64,000 nucleotides of DNA from Candidatus Limnocylindrales bacterium (GCA_035688805.1 DASSMQ010000047.1:9135-73134), one strand, 5' to 3'. Shown: positions 1 through 17,876, numbered from the stretch's first letter. A program made the numbers and translations. The notes: a model not told the origin generated them from the sequence alone.

Positions 1-1186
1 GCCGACCGACGGTCGTCGCCTGCCCGAGCAGCGTGAACAGGACGACCCCGAACGTCACGTCCTGGAGGAGCGCACGCTGGGGCACGTCATCGGGGATGGC
101 CAGGGCCATGGCGACCGCGACCGCGCCGCGCAGACCAGACCAGAACAGGACGTTCGACCAGCCCACGGGAATCCGCCGCTCGAGGCCCGGGATCGGCGCG
201 AGGCGCGAGATGCCTCCGAGCACCACATAGACGATGAGCGCACGTCCGACCAGGATGCCGACGATCGCCCATGTGATCGGCCACAACGAGCCCATCAAGC
301 GAACCGGCGGGATGGCCATCCCGATGAGCAGGAACGCGATCGCCGTCAGCAGGTAGGCCAGGAAGCTCCACACGATGTCGATCGCGTCGGACCCGCCTTG
401 CGACAGCACCCGACCGCCGAAATTGCCCAGCACGATCGCAGCGGTGACCGTGGAGAGCACCCCCGATAGCCCGAGCCCGTCGGCCAGGAGGTAGGTGCCA
501 TAGGCCAGCACCACCGAGATGGTCAGCTCGATGAGGGGGTCCTCGATGTAGCGGACGACCGCAGCCGCGATGAGCCCGGCGACGAGGCCGACCACCACGC
601 TCAGGCCGACCGCGGCAGTGAAGGCGATGACCGCGCCGCCCGGGCTGATCGGCGTGGTGATCGCCGCGACGGCGATCGCGAACAGCACCAGGCCGGTGCC
701 GTCGTTGAGGAGACTCTCCCCGTCGACCATGGTCGCCAACGAGCGCGGCACGCGCAGCTGCTTGAACGTCGCGACGACGGCCGCGGGGTCGGTGGCAGAG
801 ACGATGGCGCCGGCGATGAACGCGAGCTCCAGCGGAACCCCGGCGACGACATTGAGTGCGACCGCCACCACGCCGGCCGTGATCAGGACCCCCGGGATCG
901 CGAGGATCAGCAGTGCGGCGATCCATCGCCGGATGACCTCAAGCTCCAGGCGATAGGCCGCTTCGAACACGAGACCCGGCAGCAGTACCCCGAGGACCAG
1001 CTCGTGAGGGATGCGGACGGGCTCCGCTCCGACCTGAGTCGCGAGGCCGCCGACCAGCAGACCGGCGATGACGAGCGCGACGGTGTCGGGCAGGCGCACG
1101 GCACGAGCGATGAGGGCCACGACGACCGCCAGGCCGAGCAGGCCGATGAGCAGCTCGATCGCCTGGAGGATGGTGGGGCCTTCCAT
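1..1186 (-). CDS. Na+/H+ antiporter, NhaP/CPA1 type (3' end runs off the window)
   Basis: Absent from the ORF track because the frame stays open to the window edge. My reverse-strand translation from the ATG at 1186 gives MEGPTILQAIELLIGLLGLAVVVALIARAVRLPDTVALVIAGLL...MVDGESLLNDGTGLVLFAIAV...FWSGLRGAVAVAMAL. ESLLNDG and GLRGAV are typical NhaP-family motifs. Confidence 0.8.
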   Translation of the reverse strand, partial: MEGPTILQAIELLIGLLGLAVVVALIARAVRLPDTVALVIAGLLVGGLATQVGAEPVRIPHELVLGVLLPGLVFEAAYRLELEVIRRWIAALLILAIPGVLITAGVVAVALNVVAGVPLELAFIAGAIVSATDPAAVVATFKQLRVPRSLATMVDGESLLNDGTGLVLFAIAVAAITTPISPGGAVIAFTAAVGLSVVVGLVAGLIAAAVVRYIEDPLIELTISVVLAYGTYLLADGLGLSGVLSTVTAAIVLGNFGGRVLSQGGSDAIDIVWSFLAYLLTAIAFLLIGMAIPPVRLMGSLWPITWAIVGILVGRALIVYVVLGGISRLAPIPGLERRIPVGWSNVLFWSGLRGAVAVAMALAIPDDVPQRALLQDVTFGVVLFTLLGQATTVGR

Positions 1187-1262
1187 CAGACCTGCGTGCG
1201 GCACGTCTGGACCGGGATCCACGCACTCGGGCATGTCGACCTGGCGGTCGACGCCGACCGCG

Positions 1263-2423
1263 TCACCACTCGGCGCGCGTCTGCCGGATGTTCACGCTTT
1301 GGAGGATGCCGAGGCCGATGGCGATGCTCACGAGCGATGCGCCACCATGGGTCACGAAGGGCAACGGGATGCCGGTGATGGGCATGATGCCCATGACCAT
1401 CCCGACGTTGACGACCAGCTGGAACAGGATCATCGAGGCCAGTCCCGAGGCGAACAGCGAGCCGAACGGATCCTTGGACCGCCAGGCGGCGACCATGATC
1501 CGCCACAGCAGCAGGACGAACAGCAGGAACATCACGATCGCCCCGATGAAGCCGAGCTCTTCGGCTAATACGGAGAACACGAAGTCGGTGGTCTGGACTG
1601 GCAGGAAATCGCCCTGTGCCTGCGTCCCGTTGGTGAGTCCGCGCCCGAACCAGCCGCCGGACCCGACGGCGATCTGCGACTGGTACAGCTGGTACCCCGA
1701 GCCGGTGACGTCCGGTGTCGGGTTCAAAAACGACGTCAGTCGTTCCTTCTGGTAGTCGCGTAGCAGGTACGTCCAGGCGATGGGCAACATCGCGATCGTC
1801 CCTCCGGTCAGGATCCCGAGCCACTTCAGGCTCGCACCGGACATCCAGAGCATGCCGGCCAGGATCGCGGCGAAGACGAGCGAGGTCCCGAGGTCCGGTT
1901 GGAGCATGACCAGCACGAGGGGCGGCCCGACGAGCAGGCACGCGCCGAGGATCGACCCGAGTGAGTCCAGTCGGTCGTGCCGGCCGGCAAGGTACGTCGC
2001 GAGCACGATGATCATGAGGATCTTGGCCAGCTCGCTGAACTGGAGCGTGAGGGGCCCGATCGTCACCCACCGTGCCGAATTCCCCACCCCATCGCCGATG
2101 GCCAACGTTACGGCGAGTAGTCCCAGCTGGAAGGCATAGGTCGGCCATGCCAAGGTCTTGAGCCATCGATAGTCGAAGGCGGTCGCGATCACGAACGCCA
2201 CCACCGCGATGCCCGCCCACATCAGCCCGCGCGTGAAGGTGGTCCCTGCCTCGAGCGGGCCTGAACCCGACTCGGCCGAGTTCGTATACGCCATCGACAA
2301 CCCGATCGCGACCAGCAAGGCCGCGTACGTGATCATCTGCAGGTCGAATGAGCGCCATGCCGCGCCCACCGACTTGGCCGCCCAGTCGGTCACGCGCGCA
2401 GGTTCGGCCCGGATGACTCCCAT
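1263..2423 (-). CDS. rodA: SEDS-family peptidoglycan polymerase RodA
   Basis: 386-aa polytopic membrane protein with FtsW/RodA-like sequence (PVQTTDFVFSVLAEELGFIGA, MPITGIPLPFVTHGGASL). Its start overlaps the stop of the upstream PBP2 gene by 1 nt (TGATG). Confidence 0.85.
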   Translation of the reverse strand: MGVIRAEPARVTDWAAKSVGAAWRSFDLQMITYAALLVAIGLSMAYTNSAESGSGPLEAGTTFTRGLMWAGIAVVAFVIATAFDYRWLKTLAWPTYAFQLGLLAVTLAIGDGVGNSARWVTIGPLTLQFSELAKILMIIVLATYLAGRHDRLDSLGSILGACLLVGPPLVLVMLQPDLGTSLVFAAILAGMLWMSGASLKWLGILTGGTIAMLPIAWTYLLRDYQKERLTSFLNPTPDVTGSGYQLYQSQIAVGSGGWFGRGLTNGTQAQGDFLPVQTTDFVFSVLAEELGFIGAIVMFLLFVLLLWRIMVAAWRSKDPFGSLFASGLASMILFQLVVNVGMVMGIMPITGIPLPFVTHGGASLVSIAIGLGILQSVNIRQTRAEW

Positions 2424-4321
2424 CAGTCGTTCGAATAGAAGTTCGTGCGCTGGAGGAGCGCAGGCAGGCGATAGTCGTGCTTGATCCCGTAGTGCAGCTG
2501 GAAGAAGTACTTCACGATCTCGGTGGCCGCGTTCCCCTTGGTCCGCGAGTCGTAGGCGAAGGCCATCACGATGAGCTGAGAGTCGTGGGCATCGAAGGAC
2601 CCGTTCCGCGGGTCCTTCGGGGTGAACCCGACGAAGAACGATGAGTACGGCAGTCGGCCCTTCGCGTCCGGGGTCCCGAATTCAGCCGTTCCCGACTTGC
2701 CCGCCACCTTGATCGGCAGGTCGACGAGGTTGTACGTGTGACGGAGCGTCACCGTCGAACGGGCCGCATTGCGCATCACCCGTAACACGTCCGGCTTCGC
2801 CTTCAGCTTGTGCAGGACCTTCTTCGCGAATGGCCGGATCACGTTGCCGTCCGGGCCGACGATCTCGCGCACCAGCTGGGGTTGGTAGAGCGTGCCGCCG
2901 TTGGCCAGGGCCGCGTAGGCGTTGATCAGCTGTAGCGGGGTGACGGCGTCGTAGCCCTGGCCGATGCCAGCCTGGTAGGTCTCACCGGGAAAGATCCGGG
3001 CACCGAGCACGTCCTGCTTCCACGCATTGTCGGGGACGATGCCGCCGACCTCCCCGGGGAGGTCGATCCCGGTCGGGGCGCCGAAGCCGTATTGCCGGGC
3101 CCAGTACGCCAGCCTGTCGATGCCGAGCATGCCGGCAACCTGGTAGAAGAACGTGTCGCTGGAGTGGCCGAACCCGCAGTAGATGTCGCACGGCCCCCAG
3201 CCACGATGGTTCCACTCGTAGAACTTGGTCGAGCCGAGGGTGAGATAGCCCTTCGTGATCACCCTCGTGGAGGGAGTGATGTCGCGATCGGCGAGGCCAC
3301 CGGTGCCGGCGACGAGCTTGTACGTCGAACCGGGAGCGTAATGCGCCTGGATGGCGTGGTTGAGCAGCGGCTTGTCCTTGTTCTTGAGGAGCTTCTGGTA
3401 TTCCTTCGCGCTGATCCCTCGGGCGAATTGGTTGTTGTCGTACGTCGGGAGGCTGACCATCGCCAGGACCTCACCGGTCTGAGGGTTCATGGCGATGACG
3501 ACGCCCCTGGTCATGCCGACCTTGTCCATCGCCCAGGTGAGGGCCTTCTGGGCTTCCTGCTGGACTTTTGTGTCGATCGTCAGCCGGAGCGACGCACCGG
3601 GGATGGCTTCCTGCTCGGTCTGAAGGACCTGGGTACGTTGGCCGGTCCGGTCCCGCGCCACGCTCTGCGCGCCGTAGGTGCCCCGCAGCTCTTTCTCGTA
3701 CTGGGCCTCGAGCCCGACCTTGCCGATAAGGTCGTCAGGCTGGTAGCCCTTTGCCCGCAGATCGGCGATCTGCTCCGGTGATACCGGACCCGTATAGCCG
3801 AGGATCTGCGAAAGCAGCGGTCCCACGGTGTATTCGCGACGGGCCTCCACGACCACCTCGACGCCCGGGAGGTCGTAGCCGGCTTCCGAGATGAGTTGCG
3901 CGGTCTTTCGGTCGACGTCCTGGGCCACTCGCACGAGATCGAATGCGGAACCCGGGTTGCCGTCGATGGCCGTGTTGATGTCGGCTGGGTCCATGTTCAG
4001 GAGGGAGCTCAGCCGTGTGACGACCTGATCGCGCATGGTATTCGGCAGATCGGAGGGCCGGATCTTGACGGTGAACGTCGGCACGTTCTTGACCAGCAAG
4101 CGGCCTGCCCGATCGTAGATGTAGCCGCGCGGCGCCGGGATCGGCTCGAGGACAGTGCGTTGGCGCGTCGAGATCGCGCTGTATTCGGTCCCGTTGGTGA
4201 TCTGCAGATAGAACAATCGCGCGGTCAGCGTTCCGACACCGAGGACCACCGCGAGACCGAACACGAGAAAGCGGGCGAAACGGCGCTCCGGGGTCGGACG
4301 GCGGTCGAGGTAGGCGTTCAC
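2423..4321 (-). CDS. mrdA: Penicillin-binding protein 2 (elongation transpeptidase)
   Basis: 632 aa with an N-terminal TM anchor, PAPRGYIYDRAGRLL, the SxxK motif in APGSTYK and the KSGTA motif. Lies between the mreD-like gene and rodA. Confidence 0.9.
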   Translation of the reverse strand: MNAYLDRRPTPERRFARFLVFGLAVVLGVGTLTARLFYLQITNGTEYSAISTRQRTVLEPIPAPRGYIYDRAGRLLVKNVPTFTVKIRPSDLPNTMRDQVVTRLSSLLNMDPADINTAIDGNPGSAFDLVRVAQDVDRKTAQLISEAGYDLPGVEVVVEARREYTVGPLLSQILGYTGPVSPEQIADLRAKGYQPDDLIGKVGLEAQYEKELRGTYGAQSVARDRTGQRTQVLQTEQEAIPGASLRLTIDTKVQQEAQKALTWAMDKVGMTRGVVIAMNPQTGEVLAMVSLPTYDNNQFARGISAKEYQKLLKNKDKPLLNHAIQAHYAPGSTYKLVAGTGGLADRDITPSTRVITKGYLTLGSTKFYEWNHRGWGPCDIYCGFGHSSDTFFYQVAGMLGIDRLAYWARQYGFGAPTGIDLPGEVGGIVPDNAWKQDVLGARIFPGETYQAGIGQGYDAVTPLQLINAYAALANGGTLYQPQLVREIVGPDGNVIRPFAKKVLHKLKAKPDVLRVMRNAARSTVTLRHTYNLVDLPIKVAGKSGTAEFGTPDAKGRLPYSSFFVGFTPKDPRNGSFDAHDSQLIVMAFAYDSRTKGNAATEIVKYFFQLHYGIKHDYRLPALLQRTNFYSND

Positions 4322-4818
4322 CAGTCGACCCGTTCCTGCTCCATCCGTCGATCATGGACCGCAACGGCAAGCGGACCGATCAGGGCGCCGAGGACGGCGT
4401 CGTAGATGGCGCCCGGTACGACCATGGACAGCGGGTCGCTGGTCGGTGGCGGGGCACCGAGCGCGCCGAATGTGACAAACAGGATCATCGAGTACCCGAT
4501 GCTGGAGATGAAGACGGCGAAGATCGGGACGATCGGTCGCAATCGGGCGAGCGATCGCGCGAGGAGGGCCGCGCCGCCGACGCAGATGAGCAGTGCGAAC
4601 GCCGACGAGCCAAGTGGACGGGGTGCCAGGACATCGAGCGCGAGTCCTCCGACGAACGCCCAGACCAAGCCAGCTTCGAGGCCGACCGCGATCGCGACGA
4701 TCACGCCGATCACAAGCACGGGTTGCGATTGTGCGGTCCCGATGCGGAGATATGGGGTAACGGTCAATTCGATGAGCGCCGTCACCACCGCTCCGACCGC
4801 AGCGAGGAGCAGGGTCAT
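4318..4818 (-). CDS. mreD: MreD-like rod-shape membrane protein
   Basis: 166-aa protein that is hydrophobic throughout. It overlaps the mrdA start by 4 nt and sits in the canonical mreD position. No mreB or mreC is adjacent, so the call rests on size, topology and context. Confidence 0.55.
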   Translation of the reverse strand: MTLLLAAVGAVVTALIELTVTPYLRIGTAQSQPVLVIGVIVAIAVGLEAGLVWAFVGGLALDVLAPRPLGSSAFALLICVGGAALLARSLARLRPIVPIFAVFISSIGYSMILFVTFGALGAPPPTSDPLSMVVPGAIYDAVLGALIGPLAVAVHDRRMEQERVDW

Positions 4819-4967
4819 GGAACGGGTCGTTTCCTCGGCGAAGCGGGCTGGAGGTCCGCGCGCCGGCCTGCCGGCTCATGACACGACCGATTCGGCGGCG
4901 ACGTTGCGCGGAGTATCCCACGGTCCTTCCGAACGGGCAACGGAACCCGGACTCGTGCCGCCGAGGT

Positions 4968-4983
4968 TGTTTCACGTGAAACG
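4968..4983. other. parS centromere-like site
   Basis: TGTTTCACGTGAAACG matches the widely conserved parS consensus TGTTTCACGTGAAACA at 15 of 16 positions. The core GTTTCACGTGAAAC is a perfect 14-bp palindrome. It lies in the divergent intergenic region about 130 bp upstream of parA. Confidence 0.85.
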
Positions 4984-5068
4984 GTGATTGAGCCGGAGGT
5001 GACCCGCAGCTACGCCCTCACTGTCATCCTGTCGATCCGCCCGGCAGCCGAGGTCAGACCGTCGTCGA

Positions 5069-5077
5069 TGATAGAAT
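5069..5077 (+). promoter_or_regulatory. Candidate extended -10 promoter element for parA
   Basis: TGATAGAAT (TGn plus TAGAAT) lies about 35 nt upstream of the parA GTG. I see no convincing -35 element. Confidence 0.3.
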
Positions 5078-5112
5078 CCAATCCAGTGAAATCGTTCCGA
5101 GCGGATCGCTGA

Positions 5113-5939
5113 GTGGGGCGGACGATCGCCTGCGCGAACCAGAAGGGCGGCGTCGGAAAGACCACGACCGTGGTGAACCTGGCCAGCCTCTTGGGGCTCG
5201 CCGGGGACCGCATCCTCATCGTCGATCTCGACCCCCAAGGCAACGCAACGAGTGGTCTCGGCATCGACCGCGCACGCCTCGAGCACTCCACCTATGACGG
5301 GATCATCGATGAAGCCGAGATCGCTCGCCTGATCGTTCGGGCAGGATCCGACCGGGTGGACGTCGTTCCGTCGGCGATCGCATTGGCCGGCGCGGAGGTC
5401 GAACTCGCTGGAAGCGCCGGTCGCGAGCGTCGACTCCGAGCGCTGCTCGAACCAGTCGTTGACGAATACGACGTGATCTTCGTGGATTGCCCGCCGTCGC
5501 TCGGCCTGCTGACGGTGAATGCGCTGACGGCGGCCGACGCGGTGCTCATCCCGCTGCAATGCGAGTACTACGCCCTGGAGGGACTGACCCAGTTGCTGGC
5601 AACGATCGACCTGGTCCGAGATCACCTGAATCCGCGCCTGGCCATCGACGGCGTCGTGCTGACCATGGCCGACGGTCGGACGAACCTGTCGGCGCAGGTG
5701 GAGCTCGAAGCGCGACGTCATCTCGACGGCGCTGTGTACGACACGGTCATCCCTCGGAGTGTCCGCCTCTCCGAGGCGCCGAGCCACGGTCGGTCGATCG
5801 TGGGCTACGCGCCCGGATCGCGCGGGGGCTTGGCGTACAGCGCACTCGCGGATGAATTCCGTCGGCGCGACGCGCACCGGCGTGCGGACCCCTATGGGGC
5901 CAGCCGTACGCTCGCCGGGGCCGGGGTGGGGATGCCGTC

Positions 5940-5943
<4 letters not shown>
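5113..5943 (+). CDS. parA: Chromosome partitioning ATPase ParA/Soj
   Basis: Deviant Walker A in IACANQKGGVGKTTTVVNLA and overall ParA-like sequence. Overlaps parB by 4 nt. Confidence 0.9.
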
Positions 5944-9256
<3,313 letters not shown>

Positions 9257-9260
<4 letters not shown>

Positions 9261-10240
9261 CCGAGACGCGGACCGCCACCCAGCGGACCAGTCCCGTCAC
9301 CGAGCGGGCCGTCGCGTTCGTCATGGCCCGCAAACCCGACGCGGAGGCACTCGGCGTCGCGCTGGCCGAGCACATCAACGATCCTGATGCCTTCGCTGAC
9401 GCACTGCGCACCGGTCTGGTCGGCCTGGCCGACCCGGACTACCTGGCCGGGCAGCAGGCGGTCGCCCCGGGCATCGGCCGACTCCACGGCGTGCGCTGGC
9501 CGCTACTGGCCGCGATCGTTCGGGGCTTCCGCCAGTCCACCCGCCGGGACCGACCCACCCCGCTGCTCTTCGTCGCAGATCGCCTGTTCCGCGAACCGCA
9601 TCTCGAGGCGCGCTGGTTCGCCTTCGCGATCCTCGAGCGGACGCTCGTGGTCGATCCGGAACGGACCTGGCAACTCCTGCGGCGCGGCGCGCGCGAAGCG
9701 GGCGACTGGATCACGGTCGACGATCTCGCGCATCCGTATGCCGCCGGCATCGCGGCGGAGCCATATCGCTGGGCGGAGCTCGAGCAGCTCGTCTTCTCCC
9801 CGTCGCGCTGGGAGCGGCGCCTGGTCGGTTCGACCATCGCCACGATGACCCATGGCAACCGACGGACCGGCCGCGGACAGGATGTCCTCGACCACGCGCT
9901 TCCACTGCTGGGTTCGCTGATGGGCGACGCCGAACCGGACGTCCAGAAGGCCATCGCCTGGGCCTACCGATCGCTCGCCGGCATCGACCCATCGCGCACC
10001 ACCAAGGCCCTCCGCGCCGAGACCGACCGCGCGGTGGCGACCGATGACGGCCACCGCGCCTGGGTCATCCGCGACAGTGCTTCCAAGCTCGATCCGGCCG
10101 ACGCGGCCGACCTCAGGGGCCGGCTTGCGGGCATCCGCCGACGGCCGGGCGCCGCACCGACCTCGTCGGCCGCCGAGATGGCGGCTCGGTTCGGCGGCAT
10201 GCCGGAACCCCGAACCCTCCCCGAACCGCCGCTGACCTGA
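9257..10240 (+). CDS. DNA alkylation repair protein (AlkD-like HEAT-repeat family)
   Basis: In-frame GTG at 9257 overlaps the thioesterase stop (GTGA). Contains WITVDDLAHPY, ERRLVGSTIATM and DVQKAIAWAYRSLA, which resemble the DNA_alkylation family. The 5' part of the track ORF (8960-9256) overlaps the thioesterase and is Arg/Gly/Pro-rich junk. Confidence 0.55.
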
Positions 10241-10256
10241 ACAGGAGTAGCCGACC

Positions 10257-12824
10257 GTGACCGACGACATGGGCGACGTCCGCGCCATCCGCATCGAGGA
10301 CGAGATGCGCGTCTCGTACCTCGATTACGCGATGAGCGTCATCGTCGCGCGCGCGCTGCCGGATGTCCGCGACGGCCTCAAGCCGGTCCATCGCCGGATC
10401 CTCTACACGATGGGCGAGATGGGCCTCTCGTCGACGAGCTCATACCGCAAGTGCGCCGCCGTCGTCGGCGAGGTGATGGGCAAGTACCACCCGCACGGCG
10501 ACAGCGCGATCTATGACGCGCTCGTCCGCCTTGCCCAGGACTTCTCGATGCGCTACCCACTGGTCGACGGCCAGGGCAACTTCGGGTCGGTCGACGGCGA
10601 TGACGCCGCAGCGATGCGCTATACGGAAGCTCGCCTCACCGCCATCGCCGCCGAGATGCTGGCCGACATCGACAAGGAGACCGTCGACTTCGTCGAGAAC
10701 TACGACGGTACCCAGCAACAGCCGTCCGTGCTGCCGGCCAAGCTGCCCAATCTCCTGATCAACGGCTCCTCGGGCATCGCCGTCGGCATGGCCACGAACA
10801 TCCCGCCGCACCACCTCGGCGAGATCTGCGATGCGACCGTCGCGCTGATCGAGGATCCCGAACTGACCTCGGACGACCTCTGCAGATACGTGCTCGGTCC
10901 CGACTTCCCGACGGGCGCGACGATCTTCCGCTACGAAAAGCAGCGCAACATCCTCACCGGCGAGTGGGAGACCGTCGACGCCATCCGCCAGATGTATGCC
11001 CACGGGCGCGGCCGCGTCGTGATGCGCGCGACCGTGGCGTTCGAGGAGGTCCGCGGCGACCGGACGGCGATCATCGTCACCGAGCTGCCGTACCAGGTGA
11101 ACAAGGCCGCGTTGCTCGAGAAGATCGCCGACCTGGTCAAGGACAAGCGGGTCGACGGGATCGCGGACCTGCGCGACGAGTCAGACCGCGACGGCATGCG
11201 CATCTACATCGAGATGAAGCGCGACGCGAACCCGCACAAGGTGCTGAACAACCTGTTCAAGCACACCCCGATGCAGCTCGCGTTCAACATGAACATGCTG
11301 GCCCTGGTCGACGGTCAGCCCCAGACGCTCCCACTGCGAAGCGTCCTGGAGCACTACATCACGCATCGCCAGGAGATCGTCCGGCGACGGACCGAGTACG
11401 ACCTCGGCAGGGCGCGCGCCCGGGCGCACATCCTCGAAGGTCTCAAGATCGCGCTCGACAACCTCGACGCGGTCATCCGGACCATCCGCGAATCAGCGGA
11501 CGTGGACGTCGCGCGGACCAACCTGATGGGCCGCTTCGACCTGTCCGAGCTGCAGGCCCAGGCCATCCTCGACATGCGCCTCGCCCGCCTGGCCGCGCTC
11601 GAGCGCAAGAAGATCGAGGACGAATACCTGGCGGTCATCCAGCTCATCGCCGAGCTCGAGGACATCCTCGGCAACCCGGCCCGAGTGCTGGCCATCATCA
11701 AGGACGAGCTCGCCGAGCTGAAGCGCAAGTACGCCGGCGACCGGCGGACCAGGGTCGCCGACGACGCCAGTCGCGAGATGACCGACGAGGACCTGATCGC
11801 CGACGAGGACGTCGTGGTGACGATCTCCGGACGCGGCTACATCAAGCGTCAGCCGGTCGCGACGTACCGGCGCCAGCACCGCGGGGGCAAGGGCATCATC
11901 GGCCATGTCACCCGCGAGGAGGACGCGGTCGAACACCTCCTCGTCGCCAATACCCACGACTGGGCGCTGTTCTTCACGAACCGCGGTCGCGTGTTCAGTG
12001 CCAAGGTCCACGCCGTGCCCGACGCCAGTCGGCAGGCCAAGGGCATCCCGATCATCAACCTGCCCGGCGTCCAGGTCGAGTCGGGCGAGGTCCCGATGGC
12101 GACGATCACGCTGCCCGACTTCAAGGCGGGCTCCTTCCTGGTGCTCGCGACGCGCAAGGGCATCGTCAAGAAGACGCCTCTCGAACAGTTCGAGAAGGTC
12201 CGCTCGTCGGGGATCCGGGCGATCACCATCGCCGATGACGACGAGTTGGCCTGGGTCGACGTCTCGACCGGCAACGATGACGTCATCATCGCGACCGCGA
12301 AGGGCAAGCTCGCGCGGTTCGCCGAAGGTGAGGTCCGGGCGATGGGCCGCGACGCCGCCGGGGTGATCGGCATCCGGCTGGCCCGGCAAGGCGATTCCGT
12401 CGTGGGCATGAGCGTGGTCGAACCCGACGCCGATCTGCTGGTGCTGACCGAGACCGGCTACGGGAAGCGCGTCCCGCTCACCGAGTTCCGGCGCAAGCAT
12501 CGCGGCGGTCAGGGCGTGGGCCTGATATCGCTCGAGGGCCGCAAGACCGGCGATGTCGCCGCGGTCCAGCAGGTGACGGAAGCAGACGAGGAGCTGCTGC
12601 TGATCAGCGCCGGCGGCCAGGTGATCCGGACCGAGACCAACACCATCAACCGGTATTCCTCGGGAGCACGCGGGGTCATCGTGATGCGCCTCGCGGAGGG
12701 TGACCGGGTCGTCGCCATCGCTGCGTTCCGCGCCGGACTTGCGGACCGCGACGGCATGGGCGACGATGACGATCCGCGCAGTCGCACGGACGGTCCCGGT
12801 CAGCCCGGCCCGAGCGGCGCGTGA
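10257..12824 (+). CDS. gyrA: DNA gyrase subunit A
   Basis: 855 aa with [60 protein letters not shown] and C-terminal beta-pinwheel repeats. Confidence 0.97.
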   Translation: MTDDMGDVRAIRIEDEMRVSYLDYAMSVIVARALPDVRDGLKPVHRRILYTMGEMGLSSTSSYRKCAAVVGEVMGKYHPHGDSAIYDALVRLAQDFSMRYPLVDGQGNFGSVDGDDAAAMRYTEARLTAIAAEMLADIDKETVDFVENYDGTQQQPSVLPAKLPNLLINGSSGIAVGMATNIPPHHLGEICDATVALIEDPELTSDDLCRYVLGPDFPTGATIFRYEKQRNILTGEWETVDAIRQMYAHGRGRVVMRATVAFEEVRGDRTAIIVTELPYQVNKAALLEKIADLVKDKRVDGIADLRDESDRDGMRIYIEMKRDANPHKVLNNLFKHTPMQLAFNMNMLALVDGQPQTLPLRSVLEHYITHRQEIVRRRTEYDLGRARARAHILEGLKIALDNLDAVIRTIRESADVDVARTNLMGRFDLSELQAQAILDMRLARLAALERKKIEDEYLAVIQLIAELEDILGNPARVLAIIKDELAELKRKYAGDRRTRVADDASREMTDEDLIADEDVVVTISGRGYIKRQPVATYRRQHRGGKGIIGHVTREEDAVEHLLVANTHDWALFFTNRGRVFSAKVHAVPDASRQAKGIPIINLPGVQVESGEVPMATITLPDFKAGSFLVLATRKGIVKKTPLEQFEKVRSSGIRAITIADDDELAWVDVSTGNDDVIIATAKGKLARFAEGEVRAMGRDAAGVIGIRLARQGDSVVGMSVVEPDADLLVLTETGYGKRVPLTEFRRKHRGGQGVGLISLEGRKTGDVAAVQQVTEADEELLLISAGGQVIRTETNTINRYSSGARGVIVMRLAEGDRVVAIAAFRAGLADRDGMGDDDDPRSRTDGPGQPGPSGA

Positions 12825-13951
12825 GTCGAACGGACATCCTCCACAGGCCTGGCCAGCGGGAGACGGTGCCCTTGTACGCCGACCAGTTCGAGATCTACCA
12901 CGGCAATGCCAACCCGGAGCTGGCGCGCAAGATCGCGCGCTATCTCGGCATGGAACCGGGCAAGGCCGAGGTGTTCCAGTTCGCCAACGAGAACATCTTC
13001 GTCAAGATCCTCGACAACGTTCGCGAGAAGGACGTCTTCCTGGTCCAGCCAACGTCGCACCCGGTGAACCAATCGATCATGGAGCTGCTGATCATGATCG
13101 ACGCCTTCAAACGGGCGTCGGCCGGGCGGATCACGGCGGTCATCCCGTTCTATGCCTACGGCCGGTCCGACAAGAAGGACCAACCGCGGGTCCCGATCAC
13201 GGCTCGCCTGATCGCCGACATGATCACGGTCGCCGGCGCCGACCGGGTGCTCTCGATGGACCTCCACCAGGGTCAGATCCAGGGCTTCTTCAACATCCCC
13301 GTCGACGAACTGACGGCGGTCCACATGCTGTCGCGCTACTTCATCGACAAGCACCTCGATGACGTCGTGGTGGTGACCGACCTCGGGTTCGCCAAGCGGG
13401 CCCGCGCATTCGCCGAGCTACTCGATGCGCCCTTGGCGATCATCGAGAAGCGGCGCGTCGGCAATCTCGACCGGGCCGAGCTCATGAACGTCATCGGCGA
13501 GGTCCACGGCAAGCGGGCCATCATCGTCGACGATGAGATCGACACCGCGGGCACCCTGGTCGAGATCGTCCGGGCGCTGGAACGTGAGGGCGTCACCGAG
13601 ATGTACGCCTGCGCCACGCACGGCGTGCTGAGCGACCCGGCCGTCGAGCGCATCCGCGAGAGCGTGCTGCGCGAGGTGGTCGTCACCGATTCGGTGCCGC
13701 TAGCGCCCTCGAAGCGGCTGCCCAAGATCACGACCCTTTCGGTCGCTCCGCTCATCGGCGAAGCGATCAAGCGCATCCATCGCGGGGAATCGGTCGGCGC
13801 GCTCTTCAGCAGCGAGGTGTCCTTCACCCAGGAGATGCTCCTGTGGGACGAGGGCGGCGACGGCGGCCCGACCGCGTCGGCCGGTGAGGACGATGACGGG
13901 GACCCCTCACTAGGAGCGCTTGCGAGCGCCGTGTCCATGGGCGACCGATGA
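12821..13951 (+). CDS. prs: Ribose-phosphate pyrophosphokinase (PRPP synthetase) with an acidic C-terminal tail
   Basis: [51 protein letters not shown] and [12 protein letters not shown]. Overlaps gyrA by 4 nt. Confidence 0.92.
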   Translation: MSRTDILHRPGQRETVPLYADQFEIYHGNANPELARKIARYLGMEPGKAEVFQFANENIFVKILDNVREKDVFLVQPTSHPVNQSIMELLIMIDAFKRASAGRITAVIPFYAYGRSDKKDQPRVPITARLIADMITVAGADRVLSMDLHQGQIQGFFNIPVDELTAVHMLSRYFIDKHLDDVVVVTDLGFAKRARAFAELLDAPLAIIEKRRVGNLDRAELMNVIGEVHGKRAIIVDDEIDTAGTLVEIVRALEREGVTEMYACATHGVLSDPAVERIRESVLREVVVTDSVPLAPSKRLPKITTLSVAPLIGEAIKRIHRGESVGALFSSEVSFTQEMLLWDEGGDGGPTASAGEDDDGDPSLGALASAVSMGDR

Positions 13952-14199
13952 GCCTCCAGTTGCACCGTCCGGACGGCGAAGGCGGTCTCGAGCCGCGCCC
14001 CGTCACCGACCAGGATTGGCAGAACCAGCTGCGCTCGCCGCGTTGGGGGTCCACCCTTCGGCGCGGTCGGTTGCCGGCCTTGAAGAACCCCGAGATGAAC
14101 CCCACGTCGACGGCGCGCTCGATCATGTTCTGGGTGGGGCTGGCGGCACTGACCTTCGTCGTGCTCGTGGTCGGCTATCAGACCGGCTTCTGGCGCTGA
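13948..14199 (+). CDS. Small tail-anchored membrane protein, function unknown
   Basis: 83-aa ORF with a 4-nt ATGA overlap with prs. Third codon positions are strongly G/C-biased by eye. It has a single C-terminal hydrophobic helix, IMFWVGLAALTFVVLVVGY. Confidence 0.45.
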   Translation: MSLQLHRPDGEGGLEPRPVTDQDWQNQLRSPRWGSTLRRGRLPALKNPEMNPTSTARSIMFWVGLAALTFVVLVVGYQTGFWR

Positions 14200-14247
14200 C
14201 CACCGCCGGCCGGGCCCCCAGCGGTCTCGCCCTATACTCACGCTCCC

Positions 14248-17268
<3,021 letters not shown>

Positions 17269-17282
17269 GCGGCTGAGGCTTC

Positions 17283-17876
17283 GTGCGCACGCTTGCTCGG
17301 CTGATCCTCGCGGCGCTGGTCGTCGTGGTGATCGCGCTGGGCTACCTCGCCTTCCGCATCTGGGATCAGGGCGGCAAGGACGACCAGCGACGCGCCGACG
17401 CGATCGTGGTCCTGGGGGCCGCCCAGTATGACGGCCGGCCATCGCCGGTGTTCGCGGCCCGGCTGGATCATGCGATCGCCCTGTTCCACGCGGAGGTAGC
17501 GCCGATCCTGATCGTCACCGGCGGCAAGGCCCAGGGCGACCGCACGACCGAGGCGGCCAGCGCGCGGACGTACGCCATCGCCCGCGGCGTGCCGGCGTCG
17601 GCGATCCTGGCCGAGGACTCGAGCCGGACGACGCTGCAGTCGATCCGTGGCGTCGCGGCGTTGATGCGCGACGAAGGCGTGCACAGCGCGGTCTTCGTCT
17701 CCGATCCGAGTCACATGTTCCGCGTCTTGTGGCTCGCCAAGGACGCGGGCATCACCGCCTGGGGCTCGCCGACCCGAACGAGCCCCCTGGAGCGGGACCT
17801 TGTCCGCCGGATCGACGCGGTCGTCCACGAGTTGGGCGCACTGACCGTGTACGTGGTGTCGGGCGAGTCGCCGTAG
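17283..17876 (+). CDS. DUF218 (YdcF/SanA/ElyC-like) protein
   Basis: N-terminal TM segment, then ADAIVVLGAAQYDGRPSPVFAARLDHAIALF...ILIVTGG, which resembles the DUF218 family. Confidence 0.65.
   Translation: MRTLARLILAALVVVVIALGYLAFRIWDQGGKDDQRRADAIVVLGAAQYDGRPSPVFAARLDHAIALFHAEVAPILIVTGGKAQGDRTTEAASARTYAIARGVPASAILAEDSSRTTLQSIRGVAALMRDEGVHSAVFVSDPSHMFRVLWLAKDAGITAWGSPTRTSPLERDLVRRIDAVVHELGALTVYVVSGESP

Noticed and set aside
1263-4818. mreD-mrdA-rodA without adjacent mreB or mreC as an anomaly
   Set aside because: mreBC can be encoded elsewhere. The absence within a 64-kb window is not informative.
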